Part shown: piece by piece, positions 40,446 to 49,242 of the stretch
How positions within the stretch are numbered: the first letter of the stretch is position 1
Layout: the number at the start of each line of letters is the position of its first letter
From: an uncultured Clostridia bacterium
GTDB taxonomy: Bacteria > Bacillota > Clostridia > Christensenellales > CAG-917
Assembly: GCA_947382865.1 (NCBI GenBank)
Contig: CANDBF010000003.1
Location: 1-63,529 of the forward strand
Direction: 5' to 3'
DNA: 63,529 nt
Made by a program: the position numbers and the translations under genes
The notes under the pieces: model-generated
Seen by the model: the letters and a program-made list of their open reading frames with translations, nothing else
Told to the model about the DNA's origin: nothing
The model's database searches: none

Positions 40446-42116
40446 CTAAATCCACATAAAGTTGTTGAAAATTACGCCCTGCGCGTTGCGGACGGCAAGC
40501 ACTTTCATATTGTCGAATTTTACAAGAGTTCTGCCTTCCTCGCTTTTGAAATCGGCGTTTTGCAGGAGAATTTTCTGCCAGAATTCCCCGCCCTTGAGCG
40601 AGGTGTAGGCGGAATATCTTTTGAAATCGGGATAGGAAAACATATCTATGCACAAGTCCGTAGGCTCCGGAGAATACGCGTCGAAATGCAGCGTCGAAAA
40701 TTTGCTCATAGACGCAAGCTCCGCCGCGCTGCGGCAAAGATACAGTCCTCCCTTTTTTGACGTAACGCCCGCGATGTCGAAGGGACCCTTTTCCTGACAT
40801 ACCAGACCGTCCTCGATAACGACGTCGTTTGTCAGGCATATAAACGCGCCGATGCCCTTGCTGCCGTCATATACCACTCGCGAGGAAATCCTCGTCGCGT
40901 TGGTTGCGGTTATGCCGTTTTTGGACGGAATTATGCCCGCGACGGGAGTGGAGACGATATTGCCGTCGGGATACGTGCAGGTCGCATACGCAACTATAAG
41001 CTCGTTGATATCGTATATCGGAACGCCTACGCTGTAATAATGAGTGTCGAGTTTTTGGAGATTTTCCATCATAATCCAGTGTCTTGCGCTTGCCAGAGGC
41101 TCGCCGTAGCAGACGTAAACCTCGTGGGCGGTCGCCTTATGGACGGTGTGAAGCCTCAGATACAGATTGCCGTCTATGGTTTCAAAGGTCGCGGAGGGCG
41201 AGGGGGTTTCCGCAGAGGAATCCGTCGCAAGACGCTCGCCAAGCCAAACCGTCATCGCATTGAGAGCGGAACGGGAAAGCTGGGTTTCGTTCGTAGTGGT
41301 TATAAGCAGCTGCTTGTGCTCGGATTTGACGAAGGAGAGAATGTCGCTCGCTCTGTCTGCGTCCGACTTATGGGCGGTCCTCGACGTTATCAGAAGAGTG
41401 GGACAGCCGACGAATTTGGCATAGGTTTCGGCTCCCACGCCCGCCGAGAACGTCCTGTCCTCGTCGGTGGACGGCACGTTTCCGACCGAAAAGCGGGGTT
41501 TGCCTATCGCCCAGCGATAGCCGCCTCCGCCCACGGAAATAAGTGCTCGTACGCGCTTGTCCATCGCGGCGACCTGCCACGCGACATGCGCGCCGACCGC
41601 GACGCCGAGAATTCCGATGCGTTCCTTATCCACCACTCGCTGAGTCGCAAGCAGGGAAATCGCGCGACGCGTAATCTTGCTCCATACAAACCAAGGAGTA
41701 TTGCGCGCGCTGTCGCTTATGTGGTCGAGATAATTTACGCAATCGGGATAAGAGGCGAAGCCGAGGTCGGACGGGAACGTAGTTTTGTGTTCCCCGCCGA
41801 AAATTGCTCCGCAATAGTCCAAAAGACAGACGGTGTAGCCCGCGTCCGTAAGAGCGCGCACCATCTCGCCGTAATCCTTTTGGGGATAGGAAACGAGCAT
41901 GAGAAGCGTGGGGTGCGGCTCCTCCCAGCCCGCGCCGCTGTACGTTTCAAGATAGGCGCGCACACGTCCCTGCGCCGTTTCCTCGGCGGTGAAATACTGT
42001 CTGGAACAGACCAGATCATCCGTTGTTTCAGACGAGATTATTGAGTTCTCCAAAGGCGCGCCCGACGGGTCGTAGCCTTCCCAGACCTCCGTCGGCGTCA
42101 AGAATTTCAGTTCCAT
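40446..42116 (-). CDS. alpha/beta-hydrolase-fold protein (acetyl-xylan-esterase/dienelactone-hydrolase-like N-terminal half)
   Basis: 556-aa ORF. The N-terminal ~250 aa look like a hydrolase fold (...LLMLVSYPQ..., ERIGILGVAVGAH...). The C-terminal half is unassigned. Confidence 0.55.
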   Translation of the reverse strand: MELKFLTPTEVWEGYDPSGAPLENSIISSETTDDLVCSRQYFTAEETAQGRVRAYLETYSGAGWEEPHPTLLMLVSYPQKDYGEMVRALTDAGYTVCLLDYCGAIFGGEHKTTFPSDLGFASYPDCVNYLDHISDSARNTPWFVWSKITRRAISLLATQRVVDKERIGILGVAVGAHVAWQVAAMDKRVRALISVGGGGYRWAIGKPRFSVGNVPSTDEDRTFSAGVGAETYAKFVGCPTLLITSRTAHKSDADRASDILSFVKSEHKQLLITTTNETQLSRSALNAMTVWLGERLATDSSAETPSPSATFETIDGNLYLRLHTVHKATAHEVYVCYGEPLASARHWIMMENLQKLDTHYYSVGVPIYDINELIVAYATCTYPDGNIVSTPVAGIIPSKNGITATNATRISSRVVYDGSKGIGAFICLTNDVVIEDGLVCQEKGPFDIAGVTSKKGGLYLCRSAAELASMSKFSTLHFDAYSPEPTDLCIDMFSYPDFKRYSAYTSLKGGEFWQKILLQNADFKSEEGRTLVKFDNMKVLAVRNAQGVIFNNFMWI

Positions 42117-42366
42117 AGCCCTTATTATATCTCAATAATTTTGTAAAGTAAAGAATTAAAAACAATCCCGTTATGTAACGTCCTCCGTCCGCGTTTTGCC
42201 GAGGAGCGCATAGGACGGAAGTGCTTGCGTCCGCGCAAGCGTGAAGTTTTGCAAATTCGCGGCGCATAAGCTCCATAGTGTTTTCGTCGGGCAGCGCAAA
42301 ATCCATAATACACCTCAACGTATTTTATTCGTCGGGGTTTTTCTGTGTTACGGATTGGGCAACGAC

Positions 42367-43524
42367 TTACGCCATATCCTTCACTTCGAGCTCGACGGTG
42401 GGAGTGAAGGTTATCGTATTCAGGCAATCCTCCTCGAGCGTTCTGCCTACCGACTGATATACCTTGGCTTGCAGACCGAGGAAGTCGATGTTTATTTCCT
42501 TGGACAGTTCGAACAGTTGAGTTATGCGGAAAGCGAGCTCTTTGCCGAGATTGGATGCGGCTTGAAGAATGATTTCGTCCGCGTCGGTCAACACGGAATC
42601 CGACTTGATAAACTGTACGTCGAGAAGCTCGACGGCCATTTTTATCTGAGCCGTCACCTCCCGTCCCTTGGGCTTAACCTTTACGTCCTTTTCCAAAATG
42701 TTGAAATCTATCGTCGCGCCCGTGTCGAAGGAATAGTTTATAGCTCCGAACGCAGATCGCGAAAGATACAGCGCGAGCACCTCCGACAGCTTTTCGTCGA
42801 GCACGCGGGAAGAGTCTTTTCCGAATACGAGCGCCTGTTTCATTTCAAATTCGTACCTGTCTTTCAGCTCTCCCGTGCCGTCTATGGGTTGGTCGGACAT
42901 GAGCGTGGCGGCGATATAGGGCATGGCGGTCGCTCTGCTTCTGGACTGTGTGCGCGCAATCAGGTCCTTGACCGTAGTTCTTATCATTCCGTCCGTGCCC
43001 TCCTTATTTGTAAGAGCAAGTTGCAAATAGTACGGAGTGCTAACCGTAGTTCCGACTTGAAGCGCGATGAGCTCCTGCGGGCTGCGGTCTGCCGTAACCA
43101 CGATAGCGTGTTCGGGCAAAGAGTACAGACCCGTGAGCGGATAAATCAGTTGTATCATATCCAGTTTTAGGGTCTCTTGCGACAGAATCAGGACATTACA
43201 GTGCGATAATGATAAAGTTAAACCCATTTTGCGTGAAATACTGTCGAGAGCCGATGATATCGATTTGCCTTTTTCCGTGTAAGTGGAGTAGGTCGTCTGT
43301 CCTCCCGATTCGGATGAGGACGACGCCATGATGACGTTTTGCGCCGTCACCACAAACTCCTGAGTCTCGGGCAGAAAGTCGATGCCTGCGCCCAGCACGA
43401 TTCCCGTTTTGGTCAGCGCGGGGCTTTCTATCATACGTCCGAATACAATCAGAATTATTGCGATTACAAGCAGTATCGCCCATTTGGTGCGCAAAAAATA
43501 TGATGAGATTTTAAGCCTTTTCAT
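42367..43524 (-). CDS. spore germination protein, GerAC/Ger(x)C family
   Basis: 385 aa starting MKRLKISS. The ATGA start overlaps the stop of the upstream permease gene. It is the third gene of a gerA-type operon. The rest of track ORF 42367-44184 is an out-of-frame overlap artefact. Confidence 0.8.
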   Translation of the reverse strand: MKRLKISSYFLRTKWAILLVIAIILIVFGRMIESPALTKTGIVLGAGIDFLPETQEFVVTAQNVIMASSSSESGGQTTYSTYTEKGKSISSALDSISRKMGLTLSLSHCNVLILSQETLKLDMIQLIYPLTGLYSLPEHAIVVTADRSPQELIALQVGTTVSTPYYLQLALTNKEGTDGMIRTTVKDLIARTQSRSRATAMPYIAATLMSDQPIDGTGELKDRYEFEMKQALVFGKDSSRVLDEKLSEVLALYLSRSAFGAINYSFDTGATIDFNILEKDVKVKPKGREVTAQIKMAVELLDVQFIKSDSVLTDADEIILQAASNLGKELAFRITQLFELSKEINIDFLGLQAKVYQSVGRTLEEDCLNTITFTPTVELEVKDMA

Positions 43525-44786
43525 TGTCCTTCCTCCTCGGACGCGGGTTGCAGCATTCCGTTTTGGATGACGGTTTCCGTCTGTTCCGCTTCCTCTTTCA
43601 TGCCGACAAGCACGTTGTCCGCGAGGCTGTCGGGCGCCGTCGGACGCTGCGGCGGATGAGGCATATATTCGTCGTCCAGACAGTTGTATATTCCTTTCAG
43701 TCTTCTGCGCTTGTACAAAAGCGTCGCAAGCATAAGCAGAGGGATGATTATGGCAAATCCGAACAGTGCGTAGCCCACGCCGCTTATCACGAATTGTAAA
43801 ACCTCCTGAGACGAGCCCGTTGCGAAAATTGCCGCCGCGATTACGATAGGATATATTATTTTTGCGGGCAGAGAGGAACCCAAGGCTCTGTCGCACGCCG
43901 TATGACAACCGTAAAAAACGAAGGAGAGCGATATTATCGAAAGCGCGACTACGGCAAATAGATTCGTCCATTCGATGCGGCCGATTTCCATGGAAAGTTG
44001 GTTGAATATTGCGAGGTGGATGAGCAGGTCGGATACCGTTTCGAGCGCGTCCCCGTATACGGATACGCCCAAGAACACTACTATGTTTATAAGTGCGAAC
44101 GTTATCGATACGCCGAGCGTAACGTACGGCGCGCGTTTGTTCTTTATGCGAAGGAAGGCGAAGGGCAAGGCGTCGCCCAGCCATACTCCGTATCTGAACA
44201 GATTTGAGACGAAATCCTTGGGCTCGACTGCGAAAACGGGAAAATTTCTTCCTATATCCATATCCGTTTCGAGGAATATTAGGTTGAACATAATGAGCGC
44301 GAAAAGCAGCGGAATAAAAATTTCGCAGATTCTGGATATAGAACGCGCGCCTTTAATCCCCATATACGCGATAGGCGCGAGAATAAGAAGATAAAGCACA
44401 GAGGGGACTATGCCTCCGTACAGCTCGCTTGTAAGATATGACGTGCAGAAGCAGAAGTAAAACGAGCCTTTTATAAGCAGCCAGACGGAAGCGAATCCGC
44501 AGCAGATTTTGTAAAACCGGCTGCCTACCGTGCGCAGAAAGCCGTCGCCGCGCATGCGAACAAAGGCGAATACGGCGACGACCGCAATCAGATCGAAGAG
44601 GGTGAGCGCTATGCACGCCCAAAGCGTGGACGAGCCGTAGTATTCCGAAATAAGCCCCGGGGCGGCGGATATTTTGAACGCCACGCCGAGTGCGAATATC
44701 AGGGTCGCCGCCTGACTGTTGTATATGGTGTTGTGGGGCAGATTTTTGTACAGCCCGTGTTGTATGCCGGTATGCTTCATAGTCAT
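43521..44786 (-). CDS. spore germination protein, GerAB family (APC-type permease)
   Basis: 421-aa ORF with about 10 TM segments. It is the middle gene of the operon and overlaps the gerAA stop. Confidence 0.85.
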   Translation of the reverse strand: MTMKHTGIQHGLYKNLPHNTIYNSQAATLIFALGVAFKISAAPGLISEYYGSSTLWACIALTLFDLIAVVAVFAFVRMRGDGFLRTVGSRFYKICCGFASVWLLIKGSFYFCFCTSYLTSELYGGIVPSVLYLLILAPIAYMGIKGARSISRICEIFIPLLFALIMFNLIFLETDMDIGRNFPVFAVEPKDFVSNLFRYGVWLGDALPFAFLRIKNKRAPYVTLGVSITFALINIVVFLGVSVYGDALETVSDLLIHLAIFNQLSMEIGRIEWTNLFAVVALSIISLSFVFYGCHTACDRALGSSLPAKIIYPIVIAAAIFATGSSQEVLQFVISGVGYALFGFAIIIPLLMLATLLYKRRRLKGIYNCLDDEYMPHPPQRPTAPDSLADNVLVGMKEEAEQTETVIQNGMLQPASEEEGQ

Positions 44787-46225
44787 TCGGGTCGCGCGTT
44801 TTTCTTGATACGCGTGCGGTTGGGGGTGGGGATAGAGTACGGTCGCCGTTCCATAGACGACGTTCCGCTTTTAAGCAAGCCGTCTTTGAGGTCGGGATTG
44901 ATGCGCGGCGCATAGGGCGCTAGATATGGCGTGCCGAAGTTTTCAAGTCCCGCAAGATAAGCGATTATTACGAGTGCTAGGACTATCATTCCGACAAAGC
45001 CGGTCACGGCGCTGACGCACAGGAAAATGAGCCTGAGTATAGAGAGCGTTCCGACCTGATCGGGCACACAGAATATTCCTATCGCCGAAAGCGCGATAAT
45101 GAGCACCGACGGCGAGGATATAAGTCCCGATTTGACCGCCGTGTCGCCAAGAACTATCGCGCCGACGACGGAAAGCGATATGCCCAGATAGCGCGGCATT
45201 CGCAAGGACGCCTGATTGAGTATTTCAAACAACATCAGCACTATCAGCATTTCGATGGCGGGCGGGAAGGGAATTCCCGTGGTCGCCGCCATGAGAGTCA
45301 TCAGAAATTTTATCGGCAGCAGCTGGAAATGATAGGTTTGAAGCGCGACGTACGCCCCCGGAAGGAATATCGTAAGAAGAGCGCCCAAAATGCGGAAGAG
45401 TCTTATCATCGAAGCGCGCCAGTCTCCCGAGTAGTAGTCGTAGCCGTCCTGCACGTCCTCGAATATGAGATAAGGAAGGGTGAGCGCAATGGGCGAGCCG
45501 TCCACGAGTATGACGATTCTGCCTTCGAGGAGCTTCGCCTCGGCGATATCGGGCTTTTCCGTCGTTCCCGTTTGCAGGAAAAACGAATTCTTTTTGGTCT
45601 GAATAAAGGACGCGATATACGCGCTGTCCACGATTCCGTCTATATCTATGCGGCTTATTTTCTCGGATATTTGGTCGACTATATGCTTGTCGGCGATTCC
45701 GTTGATATGCAGTACGGCGACGGTAGTGGCGGAGTATCTGCCCACCTGAAAGAATTTGACCGCGAGGTCGGGAGTTCTCAGGCGGCGGCGGATGAGGGAC
45801 AGGTTGGATTTCAAATCCTCGATGAAGCCCTCGCGCGGACCTTTGAGAACGCTTTGCGTGGGCGGCTCGGCAATGGAGCGCTTTTCGGGTTTCCTGAGGG
45901 ATATGATATACGAGTTTTCGTCATCCTCGACTATAAACGCCACGTCGCCCTCGGCAATCGCGCCCGCGCAGTTTGCGAGCGGAAGCACGGTGATTTCCTC
46001 GGAGTAGAGCACCGTCCGATTGAGCGCGTCGATATAGGGAGGCTCGAAGCTCTGCGCGTTTTTGAGGGGCAGGATTACGTCCTGTTCGAGTAGCAGCTTG
46101 TCCGTGCCGCCGTCGATATACGCAAAAAGACAGCGCTTGCCCGCGAACGTGTATTCGCGGATTTTGAGGTCGTCGCTGTTTATAAAGGTGTCTTTTATCG
46201 CAGTTGTAATTTCTTCTATTTTCAC
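44783..46225 (-). CDS. spore germination protein, GerAA/GerKA family
   Basis: 480-aa ORF with a soluble N-domain plus a C-terminal TM bundle typical of GerA A-subunits. GTG start. Confidence 0.88.
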   Translation of the reverse strand: MKIEEITTAIKDTFINSDDLKIREYTFAGKRCLFAYIDGGTDKLLLEQDVILPLKNAQSFEPPYIDALNRTVLYSEEITVLPLANCAGAIAEGDVAFIVEDDENSYIISLRKPEKRSIAEPPTQSVLKGPREGFIEDLKSNLSLIRRRLRTPDLAVKFFQVGRYSATTVAVLHINGIADKHIVDQISEKISRIDIDGIVDSAYIASFIQTKKNSFFLQTGTTEKPDIAEAKLLEGRIVILVDGSPIALTLPYLIFEDVQDGYDYYSGDWRASMIRLFRILGALLTIFLPGAYVALQTYHFQLLPIKFLMTLMAATTGIPFPPAIEMLIVLMLFEILNQASLRMPRYLGISLSVVGAIVLGDTAVKSGLISSPSVLIIALSAIGIFCVPDQVGTLSILRLIFLCVSAVTGFVGMIVLALVIIAYLAGLENFGTPYLAPYAPRINPDLKDGLLKSGTSSMERRPYSIPTPNRTRIKKNARPE

Positions 46226-46508
46226 ATTCGCAGTATTGACAAAACGCTGGGTTTATACGCCGTAATAAAACAATAAACGTGCAGTACGCAAAAATTAGAC
46301 CTTTTTCAATCTGTTTCGACGCAAACGGAAAAACGGAGCCTCCTATCTCCGAACGGATTTTTTTAGGCGGGGTTTCTTGTAATAGCGCGGACTCTGTGAT
46401 AAACTTAATGCACAACGTTTATATTTTGTAATATAGGTATAGCAACGTTGAAGCATACGGGCGCGTAAACGAATCAAAACTCGGTGTTTGCTTGTCGGGA
46501 GAGACGCA

Positions 46509-47387
46509 ATGAGAAGAAAGAGCAGATTGGCAAAGGCGATAATCGCAATCGCCGTCATAATATTTTTGCTAGCCGCGATAGCGGTTACGCTGGTGTTTAC
46601 GATTATGAACAATTTCAAATTTATGACTTATACGTCGGGCAAGGTGAACGCGGCGTATGAAAGCATAAACATGAGCGACGTGCGGTTTATCGCGCACAGG
46701 GGACTGAGCGCCGAGGCGTATCAGAATACGGAAGCCGCCTTTTTGCTTGCCGCAGAGGAGCCGACGGTCTGGGGCATAGAGACGGACGTATGGGCGACGG
46801 CGGACGGAGAGTTTGTCTGTATGCACGACGGAGACGCATTGCAGGGGATAGACAACGTTCGCGACGTTTCGCTCGAAGAGGCGCTGTCCGCCCCGCTTGC
46901 GAAGAATACCGCAGAACGGGCGTGCTCCTTTGACAGATATCTGGAAATTTGCAGGTCGGGCGGCAAAACCGCGGTCATCGAAATCAAGGATAAGGAGATG
47001 ACCGAAAGCGATTTGGACTTGCTTATGGAGAAGGTGCGCGAGAGCGGCGCGAACGCAAAGTATATTTCCTTCCATTTCGCCAAGCTGAAATATATCCGCG
47101 CGTGCGACGAAAGCGCGGAAATGCAGTTTCTGACAGTCTACGGAATGCCTAAGGATATCTCGGGCGCGACCGTGAAAAAGAAAATGCAACAGGTCATAGA
47201 CCTTAGGTGCGATCTATCGATTGAATACAGATTTTTGTCCAAGTCGCTTGCGGATATGTTCCATGGCGCAGGGCTTAAAGTCGGCGTATGGACGGTGAAC
47301 GGCGGCAAGAACGCGGCGTGTCTGCAATACACCTACGGGGTGGATTATATCACTACGGATATGAGAAAAAGCGAGCTGCTCGGCTGA
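46509..47387 (+). CDS. glycerophosphodiester phosphodiesterase family protein (membrane anchored)
   Basis: GDPD motifs FIAHRGLS and WGIETDV. Start set at MRRKSRLAK, followed by a TM segment. Confidence 0.85.
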   Translation: MRRKSRLAKAIIAIAVIIFLLAAIAVTLVFTIMNNFKFMTYTSGKVNAAYESINMSDVRFIAHRGLSAEAYQNTEAAFLLAAEEPTVWGIETDVWATADGEFVCMHDGDALQGIDNVRDVSLEEALSAPLAKNTAERACSFDRYLEICRSGGKTAVIEIKDKEMTESDLDLLMEKVRESGANAKYISFHFAKLKYIRACDESAEMQFLTVYGMPKDISGATVKKKMQQVIDLRCDLSIEYRFLSKSLADMFHGAGLKVGVWTVNGGKNAACLQYTYGVDYITTDMRKSELLG

Positions 47388-47464
47388 GGACGCGCAAGCC
47401 GCGGTTTTTGCGGCATAGTAAACGGGTGAGGTGAAAATACAATTTTATTCGGGTAAGGGCAATA

Positions 47465-47494
47465 AAAAACGGACGTCGCAACGTCCGTTTTTTA
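47465..47494. terminator. bidirectional terminator between the GDPD gene and gdhA
   Basis: AACGGACGT, loop, ACGTCCGTT, flanked by A6 and T6. Confidence 0.8.
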
Positions 47495-47510
47495 TATGCA
47501 TAAATCAAAA

Positions 47511-48866
47511 TCAATAAACGCCCTGCGCAAGCATTGCGTCCGCGACCTTCTTAAAGCCCGCGAGGTTCGCGCCCTGAATGAGGTTGTAGGGCAGCTTGTA
47601 GAAGTCGAGCGTTTCAACTATATTTGCGTGTATGCTCTTCATAATGTCTTTGAGCATAGCGTCCACCTGCTCCGACGTCCAGCTCAGGCGCTGGCTGTTT
47701 TGTGACATTTCCAGTCCGCTCACCGCCACGCCGCCCGCGTTTGCGGCTTTGGAGGGCGCTATCACGACGCCGTTTTCGTACAGATAGTCGAGAGCCTCGT
47801 TGGAGGTGGGCATATTGGATACCTCGCAGAGATATCTTACGCCGAGAGCCACCGCGCCCTTTGCGTCGTCGAGATTTATTTCGTTTTGCATAGCGCAGGG
47901 CATATATACGTCCGCCTTTACTTTGCCCCAAGGCTTTTCGCCCTTATACAGCTTGCCGCCGAATTTGTTCACGTAGGCTTCGAGCGCGCTCTTGCCCTGT
48001 GCGCGCAGGGTGAGCATGTGCTCCATAAAGTCCACTTTTTCGCCGCTTATGCCCTGTTCGTCGTAGATATAGCCCTCGCTGCCCGAAATAGTGACGACCT
48101 TGCCGCCCAGCTCGGAAACCTTTTTCGCCGCGCCCCAAGCCGCGTTGCCGTAGCCCGATATGCAGAACGTCTTGCCTTTTATTGTGTCGTTCTGATGTTT
48201 GAGTATCTCTTCTAAGAAGTACGCCGCGCCGTAGCCCGTCGCCTCGGGGCGGATTTTGCTTCCGCCGTAGGAAAGTCCCTTGCCCGTAAGAACGCCGTTC
48301 TCGAAGCCGTTGCGGATTTTTTTGTATTGACCGAATAGATAGCCTATCTCTCTTCCGCCTACGCCCATATCGCCCGCGGGTACGTCGAGGTCGGGACCGA
48401 TATGACGGTAAAGTTCGTTCATAAAGGATTGGCAGAATCTCATAATCTCGTCGTCGCTTTTGCCCCTCGGGTCGAAATCGCTGCCGCCCTTAGCTCCGCC
48501 CATTGGGAGGGTTGTCAGCGAATTCTTGAAAGTCTGCTCGAAGGCGAGGAATTTGATTATGGACAGATTTACGTTGGGCTGGAAGCGAAGCCCGCCCTTG
48601 TAAGGACCGATAGCTCCGTTGAACTGTACGCGATAGCCGCGGTTGACGTGATATACGCCGTTATCGTCCATCCAAGGAACGCGGAACACTATCTGTCTGT
48701 CGGGCTCGACCATTCTTTCCAAAATGCAGTATTTGCGATAGATTTCCTCTTTTTCCTGTATTGCCGGCGCGAGAGAGCCGAGGACTTCCTTTACTGTTTG
48801 CAGAAATTCTTTCTGATCTGCGTTTTTTTGTTCGGTTTGCGCGATGACTTCGCTGATATAGGACAT
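47511..48866 (-). CDS. gdhA: NADP-specific glutamate dehydrogenase
   Basis: 451-aa ORF with the Glu/Leu/Phe/Val dehydrogenase active-site region LPMGGAKGGSDFDP. Confidence 0.95.
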   Translation of the reverse strand: MSYISEVIAQTEQKNADQKEFLQTVKEVLGSLAPAIQEKEEIYRKYCILERMVEPDRQIVFRVPWMDDNGVYHVNRGYRVQFNGAIGPYKGGLRFQPNVNLSIIKFLAFEQTFKNSLTTLPMGGAKGGSDFDPRGKSDDEIMRFCQSFMNELYRHIGPDLDVPAGDMGVGGREIGYLFGQYKKIRNGFENGVLTGKGLSYGGSKIRPEATGYGAAYFLEEILKHQNDTIKGKTFCISGYGNAAWGAAKKVSELGGKVVTISGSEGYIYDEQGISGEKVDFMEHMLTLRAQGKSALEAYVNKFGGKLYKGEKPWGKVKADVYMPCAMQNEINLDDAKGAVALGVRYLCEVSNMPTSNEALDYLYENGVVIAPSKAANAGGVAVSGLEMSQNSQRLSWTSEQVDAMLKDIMKSIHANIVETLDFYKLPYNLIQGANLAGFKKVADAMLAQGVY

Positions 48867-49242
48867 ATACGCCTCCTTTTTTTATTCTCCCTCTTAATAT
48901 TGATAAAAATATACACTACCTTTGTATGCGCAGGCAAATATTTTTTGTGCGTTGCGCAATTTTTTAATTGCGGTCAAATTATAATATAAACAATGCCTTT
49001 ATATAACATTTACAAAATCAAACCGATTAGAATGCGGAAATTTTGTCGTGAAATCGCATTTTATCAAAAATCCGCCCTTCGTATCGCGCCGCGAGTCGGC
49101 AAGCATGAAAAAAGTACGATAAGAAATATTCTTAAAATAAAAGCATTTTTCCATATTGAAATATAAACTATTATATGTTATCATAATAATTACATAATAA
49201 GGGCAGGGGCGCGTGCGCTATTGTGCTCGCAAGGAGAAAATT

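Noticed and set aside
42028-42318. 96-aa ORF overlapping the start of the hydrolase gene.
   Set aside because: It overlaps the hydrolase N-terminus out of frame and has no ribosome-binding site or recognisable motif. A shorter real peptide in the 42117-42366 spacer cannot be excluded, but nothing supports it.
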